Source: an uncultured bacterium
GTDB taxonomy: Bacteria > Patescibacteriota > Minisyncoccia > Phycocordibacterales > UBA9973
Reading direction: 5' to 3'
DNA length: 64,000 bases
Assembly (NCBI GenBank): GCA_903838985.1
Contig: CAIMAO010000002.1
Coordinates: 1,844-65,843, forward strand
Positions 54,401-64,000 of the stretch are shown in pieces; positions within the stretch are counted from its first letter, which is position 1; each line of letters begins with the position of its first letter. A program made the translations under genes and the position numbers. The notes beneath the pieces are model-generated. The model did no database searches. It was given only the letters and a program-made list of their open reading frames with translations, and had not been told where the DNA came from.

Positions 54401-55966
54401 ATGAGTTTCGCGAGAGTTTATTCGGCACAAGTAAACTTGCTTTCTGGACAAATCGTAACCATCGAGGTTGATTTGTCACGTGGTTTGCATGCTTTTAATA
54501 TAGTCGGCTTGCCAGATAAAGCTGTGGGTGAATCGAAAGACAGAGTGAGCGGTGCTATTAAAAATTCTGGTTTTAAATCTCCAAAAGCTAAAAATCAAAA
54601 AATAGTTGTTTCTCTTTCACCGGCTGATCTTAAAAAAGAAGGGCCATTTTTTGATCTTGCAATTGCGCTTTCTTATCTTCTCGCTTCAGATGAATTAAAA
54701 TTTGATCCAAGTAAAAAGATTTTTTTAGGAGAGCTTGGTCTTGATGGAACATTGCGAAGCATAAGGGGTGCATTGCCACTCGTGATGGAAGCAAAGAAAG
54801 CAGGATTTGAAGAAGTTTATTTACCAAAAGAAAATGCAATTGAAGCAGCGCTCGTCGAAGGTATAAAAATATTTGGAGCAAGTAGTTTGAAAGAAGTCGT
54901 AGAGCATTTAGATGAAGTCAAAGTAAAAGCTGAGAATAAAGAAGAATATGAAAAAAGAAAAAAAATAGTAGTTCAACCCAAAACAAAAATAATTTATAAA
55001 AAAGAAAAAAGTGGCGCAGATTTTTCTGATATTAAGGGACAAGAAGGTGCAAAAAGAGGACTTGAAATAGCAGCAGCCGGTGGACACAACATCGCTATGT
55101 ATGGGCCACCAGGCACAGGCAAGACGATGCTTGCCAGAGCATTCTCACAACTTTTGCCAGATTTAGATATTGAAGAAGTTTTAGAAATTACAGGGATACA
55201 TTCTGTGGCAGGAGCGACACAAGGCGAACTCGTTTCTTCTCCACCATTCCGCAGCCCACATCACACATCTTCTTATGTATCTATTATAGGTGGAGGAACA
55301 TATCCAAAACCAGGGGAAGTGACACTCGCGCACAAAGGTGTCCTATTTTTAGATGAATTTCCAGAATTTGAAAAGAGAGTTTTGGAATCTTTACGACAAC
55401 CACTCGAAGACAATATTGTTTGTATTTCTCGTGCGAAAGGCACAGCCACTTTTCCATCTAATTTTATTTTAGTTGCAGCGATGAATCCTTGTCCTTGTGG
55501 CAATGCTGGCAATAAACAAAAAGCTTGTATCTGTAAGCCTTCAGATTTAGATAGATATAAAAGAAAATTATCTGGACCTATAATGGACAGAGTGGATCTT
55601 TGGGTATCTGTTGGTAATGTTGATTATAAAAAGTTGAGCGAAGAGGGAACAGGAGAAAAAAGTGAAAAGATAAAACAGAGAATAATCAATGCAAGAGGGA
55701 TTCAAGCAGAAAGATTTAAAAAACTTGGTAAAAATATTAAAACAAATAGTGAGATGAATGCCAAAGATTTGACTACTATAGTGAAGTTGAAAGATGAAGT
55801 GAGAAATTTATTAGATAATAGTGCAGAACATTTAGCTTTGTCTGCTCGGGCATATCATAGAGTCATAAAGATAGCCCGCACAATAGCGGACTTAGAAAAT
55901 TCTCTTGAAATAAATTCAAATCACATTTTAGAAGCTATTCAATATAGGCCGAAGGTGAATAATTAG
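54401..55966 (+). CDS. comM: YifB/ComM family Mg-chelatase-like AAA+ ATPase
   Basis: IVGLPD, GELGLDG, GPPGTGKT, PFRSPHH, LFLDEFPEF, AAMNPCPCG. Confidence 0.92.
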   Translation: MSFARVYSAQVNLLSGQIVTIEVDLSRGLHAFNIVGLPDKAVGESKDRVSGAIKNSGFKSPKAKNQKIVVSLSPADLKKEGPFFDLAIALSYLLASDELKFDPSKKIFLGELGLDGTLRSIRGALPLVMEAKKAGFEEVYLPKENAIEAALVEGIKIFGASSLKEVVEHLDEVKVKAENKEEYEKRKKIVVQPKTKIIYKKEKSGADFSDIKGQEGAKRGLEIAAAGGHNIAMYGPPGTGKTMLARAFSQLLPDLDIEEVLEITGIHSVAGATQGELVSSPPFRSPHHTSSYVSIIGGGTYPKPGEVTLAHKGVLFLDEFPEFEKRVLESLRQPLEDNIVCISRAKGTATFPSNFILVAAMNPCPCGNAGNKQKACICKPSDLDRYKRKLSGPIMDRVDLWVSVGNVDYKKLSEEGTGEKSEKIKQRIINARGIQAERFKKLGKNIKTNSEMNAKDLTTIVKLKDEVRNLLDNSAEHLALSARAYHRVIKIARTIADLENSLEINSNHILEAIQYRPKVNN

Positions 55967-55985
55967 TTATCCACAGTTTTGTTTG

Positions 55986-56014
55986 TTGACAGTGAACGCT
56001 CGTTCACTTATACT
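55986..56014 (+). promoter_or_regulatory. Sigma70 promoter with a GAAC-N4-GTTC (LexA/SOS-box-like) palindrome in the spacer
   Basis: TTGACA 55986-55991, 17 bp, TATACT 56009-56014; agtgaacg-ct-cgttcact at 55991-56008. Confidence 0.8.
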
Positions 56015-56064
56015 ATAAACATAAGTTTTAGGTCATTTATTAACAATATTAATTAATAATTTTT

Positions 56065-56259
56065 ATGTCACAAAAACAATATTTGAAGACTATTGAAAGA
56101 GAGATACAAAGAATTAATAGAATCATTGATTTCAAGATAGTTCGTGGAGAAGAATATTCACGAGAAGCTCGAGATCATAAACTTCTTTTAAAGAAAGTAC
56201 GTTTTTATAATAGACAAGGTTTCTTTAGACGTTTATTTCCCAGCATTCTTTCATTCTAA
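56065..56259 (+). CDS. Small basic hypothetical protein
   Basis: 64-aa ORF between a consensus promoter and lexA. Confidence 0.6.
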   Translation: MSQKQYLKTIEREIQRINRIIDFKIVRGEEYSREARDHKLLLKKVRFYNRQGFFRRLFPSILSF

Positions 56260-56269
56260 ATGTCGTTTC

Positions 56270-56348
56270 ATTTCTTTAAATTTTTTGTCCCTGCGTCCTT
56301 CTCGGAATACCGAGTGGGACCCTCGGGAAGCAAAAAATTCAAAGAAAT
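56270..56348 (+). repeat. Hairpin element, family B, upstream of lexA
   Basis: 18-bp arms 56270-56287/56331-56348 (1 mismatch); core matches the rsmA and 29425 copies. Confidence 0.88.
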
Positions 56349-56357
56349 TATACTCAA

Positions 56358-56924
56358 ATGAAAAATATTTATCAAACAAAAATAGAAAATTTTTACTCAA
56401 AAAATAAAAGGATGCCGAGTTATTCTGAAATGATGGAACTCTTTGGTTTCAAATCTAAAAATGCGATTTTTAAAATTGTTAATAAACTTATTGAAGCAGG
56501 GGTAGTGGCAAAAGATCATTTAGGAAGATTAGTTCCTACAGAATCTTTTGGAGAAATACCAATGCTTGGTTTTGTGACGGCTGGGCTACCAGCTACTGTG
56601 GAAGAAGAGATGACTGACACTGTTAACTTAGATGATTTTTTAATTGGTAAAAAAGAATACACATATATGTTGGAAGTTGACGGAGATTCTATGATAGATG
56701 CACATATAGAGCGTGGGGATATGGTGCTCGTAGAGAAAGCCAATCAAGCGAAAGATATGCAGATAGTCATTGCTGAAATAGATGGAGAATTTACAATGAA
56801 ATATTTCCGCAAGGTTGGGAATAAATCTTGGCTCGAACCTGCTAATAAAAACTATAAACCAATTTATCCTACACAAAGCTTGAATGTCATAGCTGTGCTT
56901 AAAGCTGTAGTGAGGAAATACTAA
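56358..56924 (+). CDS. lexA: LexA-family repressor (wHTH + S24 peptidase)
   Basis: PSYSEM...FGFKS HTH, AG cleavage site (VTAGLP), GDSM, TMK. Confidence 0.88.
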   Translation: MKNIYQTKIENFYSKNKRMPSYSEMMELFGFKSKNAIFKIVNKLIEAGVVAKDHLGRLVPTESFGEIPMLGFVTAGLPATVEEEMTDTVNLDDFLIGKKEYTYMLEVDGDSMIDAHIERGDMVLVEKANQAKDMQIVIAEIDGEFTMKYFRKVGNKSWLEPANKNYKPIYPTQSLNVIAVLKAVVRKY

Positions 56925-56935
56925 ATAGATAAAAC

Positions 56936-56963
56936 AAAAACACCCCTTGCAGGGTGTTTTTTT
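56936..56963. terminator. Bidirectional intrinsic terminator
   Basis: aaaaacaccc/gggtgttttt hairpin between convergent lexA and HU genes. Confidence 0.75.
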
Positions 56964-56994
56964 AGAGTCAATTCTTTTCGCGCGAAAGGAATTT

Positions 56995-57267
56995 TTATGA
57001 AACTGCGTCCTTTAGGGCTTTTGCAGCTCTAAATTTTGGAACTTTCTTTGCAGCTACTTTGACTTGTTCTCCAGTTTTTGGATTACGAGCCATTCTAGCA
57101 GCACGTCCTTTTACGGAAAAGATTCCGAAGCCAGCTATTGATACTTCTCCACCCTTTTTCATGGTGCTTACGATAGCATCAAAGATTCCATCTACGATTT
57201 CCTCAGCTTGTACTTTTGTACCACCGAGTTTACCGTGTACTAATTCAGCTAATGCTTGTTTGTTCAT
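56995..57267 (-). CDS. hup: DNA-binding protein HU
   Basis: MNKQAL..., GFGIF, ARNPKTGE, PKFRA; start at MNKQ. Confidence 0.93.
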   Translation of the reverse strand: MNKQALAELVHGKLGGTKVQAEEIVDGIFDAIVSTMKKGGEVSIAGFGIFSVKGRAARMARNPKTGEQVKVAAKKVPKFRAAKALKDAVS

Positions 57268-57401
57268 ATCTTTTAAAAGGTTATTTTTATAATTCTTTCG
57301 ACCTTGTCCTGCCGTAGCAGTAGACATTACTTATATAATTACTACCTATATATTATATATCAAGGGTTTTTTAAGGGCAACCCCGTAGGTGCAACTGTTA
57401 A

Positions 57402-58931
57402 TTATCTAGCGTATTCTATTATTCTAGTCTCACGAATCATTGTGACTTTGATTTCACCAGGATATTTTAATTCTTGTTCTATTTTTACAGCAATATCATG
57501 AGCCATAAGTTTTGCCTCAGCGTCAGAAACTTTCTCAGGAGTGACGAATATACGTATTTCACGTCCAGCTTGTAATGCATATGATTTTTCAACACCATCA
57601 AATCCATTTACCAATGCTTCAAGTTCTTGCAATCTCTTTAAATAATTTTCTACAGAGTCACGTCGCGCTCCAGGACGGCCACCAGAGATAGAGTCAGCTG
57701 TCTGAACTATGATTGATTCTATTGTTTCATAAGGATAATCTTCATGGTGTGACTTCATTGCTGTGATGATGCGTTCATCTGCACCAAATTTCTGCAATAT
57801 TCTCATACCTATTTCAATATGTGTGCCTTGGACTTCATGATCAAGTGCTTTACCTATGTCATGTACTAATGCGCCAGCTTTAGCTATGGCAACATCTGCT
57901 CCTAGTTCTTCTGCAATCATTCCTGCGATGTGTGCCATCTCTATGGAGTGTTGAAGAACATTTTGTCCATAACTTGTGCGGAAATATAATCGTCCGATAA
58001 TGGCCACTATGCGTGGATCAAAATTAAATATTCCACATTCATAGACAGCTTGTTCTCCTTTTTCTTTAATTATTTTATTTATTTCCTCTTTTGCTTTTTC
58101 TATTAGTTCTTCTATTTTAGCTGGTTGGATACGTCCATCTAAAATCAAATTTTCAAGGGCAAGACGAGCGACTTGTCTTCTGATAGGGTCAAATGAAGAA
58201 ATGATTATTGAACCAGGTGTGTCATCTACTATGAGCTCAACTCCGGAGGCTCTTTCAAAAGCCCTTATATTTCGGCCTTCTTTTCCGATAACCTTACCTT
58301 TTATCTCATTATTTGGAATACTTACTATTGTTGTCATCAACTCTGAAGCTGTGCTTGAAGCAAGACGTTGAATAGAAGTAGCCAAAATGTCTTTTGCTCT
58401 TCTGTCTAATTTTTCTTCGTTAGTATTTTCAAGTTTTTGTATTCTAACCAAAATATCTTCTTCATACTTCTTTTCAATATCGTGCATTAATTCTTCTTTA
58501 GCTGCTTCTTCTGTCAACCTTGAAACTCTTTCAAGCTCAATTCTTTTTTCGTTTTCTATAGCTAATACTTTTTCTTGAATTTTCTTTACTTCTTCTACTT
58601 TTGATTTAATGTTTTCAGCTTCTTTATTTATTTCTACTTGTCTAACGTCTAAAAACTCATCTTTTTTGATAAGTCTTTTTTCTGTTTCCTTAAATTCTTG
58701 TTCGTGTTTTTTTTCTTCTTCTTTTAACTCAGCAAGTCTTTTTTCCGCTTTGTTTTTTGCTTCGTCTGTTATCTTTTGTGCTTCTTCTTTAGCACCGACC
58801 AACATTTGTTTGATATCTATTTCTATAGATTTCCTTTTACCTAATGCCACTATCACACGAAGATAGTATCCTATACCTACACCTAAAAGGAGTACAACGA
58901 CTCCGATTATTATTGTTATTAATGAGCTCAT
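57402..58931 (-). CDS. rny: Ribonuclease Y
   Basis: N-terminal TM, coiled coil, KH (IGKEGRNIR), HD (HDIGK), RPGAR, YPGEIKV. Confidence 0.96.
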   Translation of the reverse strand: MSSLITIIIGVVVLLLGVGIGYYLRVIVALGKRKSIEIDIKQMLVGAKEEAQKITDEAKNKAEKRLAELKEEEKKHEQEFKETEKRLIKKDEFLDVRQVEINKEAENIKSKVEEVKKIQEKVLAIENEKRIELERVSRLTEEAAKEELMHDIEKKYEEDILVRIQKLENTNEEKLDRRAKDILATSIQRLASSTASELMTTIVSIPNNEIKGKVIGKEGRNIRAFERASGVELIVDDTPGSIIISSFDPIRRQVARLALENLILDGRIQPAKIEELIEKAKEEINKIIKEKGEQAVYECGIFNFDPRIVAIIGRLYFRTSYGQNVLQHSIEMAHIAGMIAEELGADVAIAKAGALVHDIGKALDHEVQGTHIEIGMRILQKFGADERIITAMKSHHEDYPYETIESIIVQTADSISGGRPGARRDSVENYLKRLQELEALVNGFDGVEKSYALQAGREIRIFVTPEKVSDAEAKLMAHDIAVKIEQELKYPGEIKVTMIRETRIIEYAR

Positions 58932-59429
58932 AAGCCTTTGTCGGCTTACAAAAACAAGCCACTATACTTGCAGTTTTGCTTTAATGCAAAAGATATGATT
59001 AACCCCGCCTAGGCGTGGGAGATTTTCTCTGATGTTTTTATCTTGCAACAACATATATGGGATATTTCTATAAACCAATTTAAAATAAATTTTTAAAAGT
59101 CAACATTAATAATATAACAAATTATATCGTTATTGTCTATCTATTGCTTTTTATATCAAAAATGTGTTATAATGTTTTTGGAGACTATTATATAATTGTT
59201 GTTTCTATTTTCTAATTTTTTTTGGGAGTTTTTGTATGGGAAAGAGTAAAAAAGAATCTACTGACAATGAAGAAAAAGGATTCTACAACCCAAAAGATTT
59301 GGCTTGGTGGGCTAGATCGAGGCCAGATGGCACTAATCGTAATTATGGTTCAACTGCGAACTTTGCTTGTCTCCAAAGAACAAAAAGGAGGGGGGTTGCC
59401 AGTAGAACCTAGTTAAAAGTTTTTAAAAC

Positions 59430-59461
59430 AAAAGCCCCAGACGTTTAGCGTCTGGGGCTTT
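59430..59461 (-). terminator. Intrinsic terminator after clpP
   Basis: aaagccccagacg/cgtctggggcttt hairpin. Confidence 0.75.
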
Positions 59462-59472
59462 AATCATTTTAT

Positions 59473-60072
59473 TTAAGCTTTTGAAGCAGGTGTTTTGGAT
59501 TTGGTGACTATTTCATCAACAATTCCGTATTTTTTAGCTTCGTCTGCATCCATAAAGAAGTCTCTTTCTACATCTTTTTCTATTTGAGATAAAGGTTTTC
59601 CTGTATTTTTAGCTAAAATTTTATTTAAACTATCTCTTGTTTTTAAAATATGTTTTGCTGAAATTGCTATATCTGTGGCTTGACCTTCTACTCCACCTAG
59701 AGGTTGATGAATCATTACTTCAGCGTTTGGAAGAATGAAGCGTTTGCCTTTTTTGCCTGCTGATAGGATAAGAGCGGCACCTGAAGCTGCGAGTCCTACG
59801 CAAAAAGTAGAAACATCTGGACGCACATGGCTCATGGTGTCTACTATTGCGAGAGTGGACGTGACAGATCCACCAGGGGAGTTTATATAAAGCGAAATAT
59901 CTTTTTTTGCATCTTCAGATTCGAGGAAAAGAAGCTGAGCGATGACAATATTTGCCACATTGTCATCTATTGGTCCTGCTAAAAATACTATTCTTTCTCT
60001 CAAGAGACGAGAATATATGTCATAAGCTCTTTCTCCAAATTGTGATTTTTCTATTACGGTTGGTATTAACAT
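59473..60072 (-). CDS. clpP: ATP-dependent Clp protease proteolytic subunit
   Basis: [28 protein letters not shown]. Confidence 0.96.
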   Translation of the reverse strand: MLIPTVIEKSQFGERAYDIYSRLLRERIVFLAGPIDDNVANIVIAQLLFLESEDAKKDISLYINSPGGSVTSTLAIVDTMSHVRPDVSTFCVGLAASGAALILSAGKKGKRFILPNAEVMIHQPLGGVEGQATDIAISAKHILKTRDSLNKILAKNTGKPLSQIEKDVERDFFMDADEAKKYGIVDEIVTKSKTPASKA

Positions 60073-60080
60073 ATTTTTAA

Positions 60081-61178
60081 TTATACTTGATTTTCTAAGA
60101 ATTGGAAAACTTTTTCATTAGTAAGAACATTTTCTGCGTGCATTTGAGCTCTTTCAGGATCTGCATCTTTGTAATGTTCCAATATTTGAGCGACTTCGAG
60201 GGCTACTTGTTCTTTATCTGCTTCAATTTTTTCTTTTTTAGCAATTTCATTTAAAACAAGAGCAAGTTTTGCTTTCTTTTCTGCATCATTTCTGAATTCT
60301 TTTTTCAAATCTTCTATTGTTTTATTTAAATGTTTCAGATAATCTTCAAATTTTAAGCCCATTTGTGTTATATCTGATTCCATCCTGTATAAAATTTTAT
60401 TTAATTCTACTTCAATTAAGATTTCAGGCATCTCAACTTTTAAATCATCAATTATTTTTTCAACAATTTTTAATCTAGTTTTTTCTTTTAATTGATTTTC
60501 TTTTTCTAGTTTTATATTTTCTTTTAATTTTTCTGTGAAGTCTTTTACATCTTTGAAGGGTCCTAATGCCTGAACAAAATCATCATTAAATTCTGGTAAT
60601 TCTGCTTCTTTTACTTCCTCTTTTTTCTCTTCGTGATTATGATCGTGTTCTTCGCCTTCTTTGTGAATGTGTTCAGCTTCTTCTGCCATGTGGATTTTTG
60701 GAGCACGAGATTTTCTTATATCCATAATAGTATCTTCAACTTCTTTTTCTGTTGGCTCTGTGTTTTTATCTTCTTCTTTTACTTCTGAAATGATTTTTTT
60801 AGAAATTTGTTTGTAATCAGGAAGTTGCATTTCTGGAATAGTTGCTGTTTTTATTTTAAAACCTAATGGGTTTTTGCGGGCAATTTTTGTAATGGAAATT
60901 TCTGGACGACTTATGGCATCTATCTTTTCTTCTTCTAAAATTTTTGGGTAGTGTTCACTTAATGCCATTTCCGCCATTTCTTCTAATATTTGTGCTTCAG
61001 GTATTTTAGAAATGAGAATATTTTCAGGAACTTTTCCTTTTCTAAAACCATCTATTTCTATATGTTCACCTATCTTTTTTAAGGCTTTATTGAAATAAGT
61101 TTCAAAAACATCAGCTTCTATTTCTCCTTCGATTTCTACTTCACTTTTTGGTAATTTTTTTATAGTTATTTTAGACAT
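60081..61178 (-). CDS. tig: Trigger factor lacking most of the FKBP domain
   Basis: GFRKGKVP signature; 365 aa; upstream of clpP. Confidence 0.9.
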   Translation of the reverse strand: MSKITIKKLPKSEVEIEGEIEADVFETYFNKALKKIGEHIEIDGFRKGKVPENILISKIPEAQILEEMAEMALSEHYPKILEEEKIDAISRPEISITKIARKNPLGFKIKTATIPEMQLPDYKQISKKIISEVKEEDKNTEPTEKEVEDTIMDIRKSRAPKIHMAEEAEHIHKEGEEHDHNHEEKKEEVKEAELPEFNDDFVQALGPFKDVKDFTEKLKENIKLEKENQLKEKTRLKIVEKIIDDLKVEMPEILIEVELNKILYRMESDITQMGLKFEDYLKHLNKTIEDLKKEFRNDAEKKAKLALVLNEIAKKEKIEADKEQVALEVAQILEHYKDADPERAQMHAENVLTNEKVFQFLENQV

Positions 61179-61218
61179 ATAGCTATATTATATTTATCAT
61201 CGCTTTTTGTCAAAAATC

Positions 61219-61314
61219 ATAAAAAAATAATGCTTTTTCACGGCTCGCACTCTAACCTGAATTTGGTTAACTAATTTAAAGTAGTGTATGCCGAAAAAAG
61301 CATTATTTTTTTAT
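61219..61314. repeat. Hairpin element with a unique core
   Basis: Perfect 20-bp arms 61219-61238/61295-61314 ending in TTTTT/AAAAA; inner cggc/gccg stem. Confidence 0.7.
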
Positions 61315-61472
61315 TTTATTGTAGATTCTACAGCACTAGAATTTTGATTATCTTGAGCCTTTTTTATATCTTTTATTTTTCCATAGAAAAGATATATTCC
61401 ACCAATAATTAGAATTATAATAATAACTATTGAACCAAAAAGTGCGCCGTTTGACTTTTTATCTGCTTCCAT
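61311..61472 (-). CDS. Small single-TM hypothetical protein
   Basis: MEADKKSNGALFGSIVIIIILIIGGIYLF. Confidence 0.55.
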   Translation of the reverse strand: MEADKKSNGALFGSIVIIIILIIGGIYLFYGKIKDIKKAQDNQNSSAVESTIK

Positions 61473-61526
61473 AGTTTTTATTCCTACTCGCAAGAGTAGA
61501 TTAATTTTTAATATAACTTAGTTTAA

Positions 61527-63539
61527 TTATATCAACAAAGCAACGATAAGCAATGCAACAATGTTTAGAATTTTTATCATTGGGTTGATAGCAGGACCAG
61601 CTGTGTCTTTGTAAGGGTCTCCGACTGTGTCACCTGTGACAGCCGCTTTATGGGCTTCACTTCCTTTGCCTCCAAAATTACCACTTTCAATATATTTTTT
61701 TGCATTATCCCAAGCACCACCACCAGATGTCATTGATATTGCAACAAACAAACCTGTGATGATTGAGCCAACGAGAAGTCCTCCTAGAACTATTAAACCA
61801 TTTTCTCTTCCGAAAATTAGAACTACTAAAATAGGAGAAAGTACTGGAATTAAAGCAGGCAAGATCATTTGTTTGATTGCTGCACCAGTAATGATTGAAA
61901 CAGCTTTGGCATAATCTGGTTTTGCTGTGCCTTCCATAATTCCTTTTATTTCTCTAAATTGTCTGCGAATTTCTTCTACTACCTTTCCAGCAGTTTTACC
62001 CACAGCTTCCATACATAGTGCACCAAAGTAATATGGTAAAAGTCCACCTAAGAACAAACCGACTATTACATATGGATTACTTAATTCGAAAGAAATAGTT
62101 TTTCCAGCTTTTACAATTTCTTCAGTGTAAGAGGCGAAGAGAACAAGAGCAGCAAGTCCAGCGGAACCAATAGCATAACCTTTTGTGACAGCTTTCGTTG
62201 TGTTTCCTACAGCATCGAGTGGATCTGTAACATCACGAACTTCTTTTGGAAGCTCTGCCATTTCAGCTATACCTCCAGCATTGTCGGTGATAGGTCCATA
62301 AGCATCTATTGCAACAATGATACCAGTCATTGAAAGCATAGACATTGCAGCGACAGCTATACCATAAAGTCCACCGAAATAATAACTAACTAATATTCCT
62401 AAAACGATTGTAATTAATGGCCAAGCTGTAGCTTTCATTGAGATAGCTAAACCTTGAATAACATTTGTTCCGTGACCAGAGACAGATGCTTCAGCAATTG
62501 ATTTTACGGGAGCATATTTTGTAGAAGTGAAATATTCTGTGATAACGACAAGTGCTCCTGTGACAAATAGACCAGCAAGTGAACAGATAAACAAATCCAT
62601 TACTTCATATTTACCATTTCCAGTCATAAGCATTTTTGTGACAGGGTAGAAACTAACAGCGGCAATTATTCCAGAAGCGATAAGTCCTTTATATAAAGCA
62701 CCCATTATATTTTGAGTTTTACCCAAACGTACGAACCAAGTACCGATGATAGATGCAAATATCGCGATACCACCTATCACTAGTGGATAAAGAATTGCAT
62801 TTTCAAATCCAGCAAAAAGAAGAGAGCCTAAAAGCATTGTCGCGACAGATGTGACAGCATAAGTTTCAAACAAATCAGCAGCCATACCAGCACAGTCTCC
62901 CACGTTATCTCCCACGTTATCGGCTATTACTCCTGGGTTTCTTGGATCATCTTCTGGGATTCCTGCTTCAAGTTTACCTACAAGATCAGCACCGACATCA
63001 GCAGCTTTTGTAAAAATTCCTCCACCTAGTCTAGCAAAAACAGAAATAAGTGATGCGCCAAAACCGAGTCCGACTAAAGCACCGACATCTTGAGTGATTG
63101 CATAAAAAGCAGTGACACCAAGTAATGCAAGTCCGACTACTAAAAGTCCGGTGACTGTGCCACCCTTGAAAGCTAAAGATAATGCATCGTTTATTCCACC
63201 TCGTGCAGCTTCTGTTGTTCGCACGTTTGCTCTGACTGAAACATTCATGCCTATGTATCCTGCGAGTGCAGAGAAAAATGCTCCAACCAAAAATCCTAAA
63301 GCCATAGTCCAGCCGAGTTTTGGTATAAAACCAATAATCAAAAATAGAACTGCGGCTATCATTCCTATCGTTTTGTATTGTTTATTTAAATAAGCACCAG
63401 CACCTTCTTGGATAGCTTTAGCAATTTCTTGCATTCTTTCATTTCCGGCACTCTTTTTTAATATTGACTTAGCTAAAAACAAACCATAAACGATAGCGAT
63501 CACAGAACTAATAATTGCAAACAATAAAAATTGATTCAT
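61527..63539 (-). CDS. hppA: Membrane-bound ion-translocating pyrophosphatase, probably the K+-independent H+-PPase type
   Basis: [26 protein letters not shown]; GNTTKA carries the Lys determinant of K+ independence. Confidence 0.95.
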   Translation of the reverse strand: MNQFLLFAIISSVIAIVYGLFLAKSILKKSAGNERMQEIAKAIQEGAGAYLNKQYKTIGMIAAVLFLIIGFIPKLGWTMALGFLVGAFFSALAGYIGMNVSVRANVRTTEAARGGINDALSLAFKGGTVTGLLVVGLALLGVTAFYAITQDVGALVGLGFGASLISVFARLGGGIFTKAADVGADLVGKLEAGIPEDDPRNPGVIADNVGDNVGDCAGMAADLFETYAVTSVATMLLGSLLFAGFENAILYPLVIGGIAIFASIIGTWFVRLGKTQNIMGALYKGLIASGIIAAVSFYPVTKMLMTGNGKYEVMDLFICSLAGLFVTGALVVITEYFTSTKYAPVKSIAEASVSGHGTNVIQGLAISMKATAWPLITIVLGILVSYYFGGLYGIAVAAMSMLSMTGIIVAIDAYGPITDNAGGIAEMAELPKEVRDVTDPLDAVGNTTKAVTKGYAIGSAGLAALVLFASYTEEIVKAGKTISFELSNPYVIVGLFLGGLLPYYFGALCMEAVGKTAGKVVEEIRRQFREIKGIMEGTAKPDYAKAVSIITGAAIKQMILPALIPVLSPILVVLIFGRENGLIVLGGLLVGSIITGLFVAISMTSGGGAWDNAKKYIESGNFGGKGSEAHKAAVTGDTVGDPYKDTAGPAINPMIKILNIVALLIVALLI

Positions 63540-63586
63540 ATATTTTTATATGACCCCTCGATAAACTCGGGGCAAGTTAATAATAA

Positions 63587-64000
63587 TTATTTTTCTTCTT
63601 CTATTATATCAGCAGAGCTGACTTCTTTTCCATTACCTTTTATGTCTATTCTCCAACCAGTAAGTTTTGCAGCTAAGCGAACATTTTGGCCACCTTTTCC
63701 TATTGCTAATGAGAGTTGATCATCTGCGACTTCTATTGTAGCTTTATGTTCATGTTCATCTATATTGATAGAAAGTACTTTTGCTGGAGAAAGGGAATTT
63801 GGAATAAATTGTTTTGGATCTTCTGACCAAGGAATGATATCTATCTTTTCACCCAAAAGTTCTTGAGTAATTGTGTTAACACGAGTACCTTTTTGTCCGA
63901 CACAAGAACCGACAGGGTCAATGTGTTCATCGTTTGAATGCACAGCTATCTTTGAACGAGAACCAGCTTCTCTAGCAATTGATTTTATCTCTACTGTTCC
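63587..64000 (-). CDS. nusA: Transcription termination/antitermination factor NusA, 5'-truncated by the window edge
   Basis: [48 protein letters not shown]. Confidence 0.95.
   Translation of the reverse strand, partial: GTVEIKSIAREAGSRSKIAVHSNDEHIDPVGSCVGQKGTRVNTITQELLGEKIDIIPWSEDPKQFIPNSLSPAKVLSINIDEHEHKATIEVADDQLSLAIGKGGQNVRLAAKLTGWRIDIKGNGKEVSSADIIEEEK

Noticed and set aside
59222-59416. Short ORFs between rny and clpP (64 aa in the track; alternative 58 aa from ATG 59236)
   Set aside because: Two competing frames with no recognisable motifs; neither can be supported.

Overview
AT-rich chromosomal window that looks like a Patescibacteria/CPR (Parcubacteria-like) genome; this is inferred from gene content, not from a database search. 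Housekeeping genes (rnpA-yidD-yidC-jag, rsmA, pcrA, cca, murI, xth, Xer recombinase, rpsO, pnp, comM, lexA, HU, rny, clpP, tig, hppA, nusA), four tRNAs, a parS/DnaA-box cluster at 40.3-41.4 kb and a VirB4/PrgI/VirB6-like/pilin secretion cluster (2-18 kb) explain most of it. Two things are not explained by routine annotation. (1) Twelve dispersed 80-115 bp hairpin elements have GC-rich cores shared in families, but each copy has its own near-perfect 18-26 bp inverted arms, nearly all ending in TTTTT/AAAAA. Four are inserted in frame inside rsmA, pcrA (twice) and the CCA-adding enzyme gene. (2) A 5.7 kb minus-strand accessory operon (29.5-35.2 kb) has a consensus promoter, strong SD sites and duplicated structured non-coding modules, and encodes a MoxR/RavA AAA+ ATPase, a VWA protein and a DUF1874/AcrIII-1-like ring nuclease. 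A divergent RelA/SpoT-like synthetase follows the cca gene. All calls come from reading the sequence by eye.
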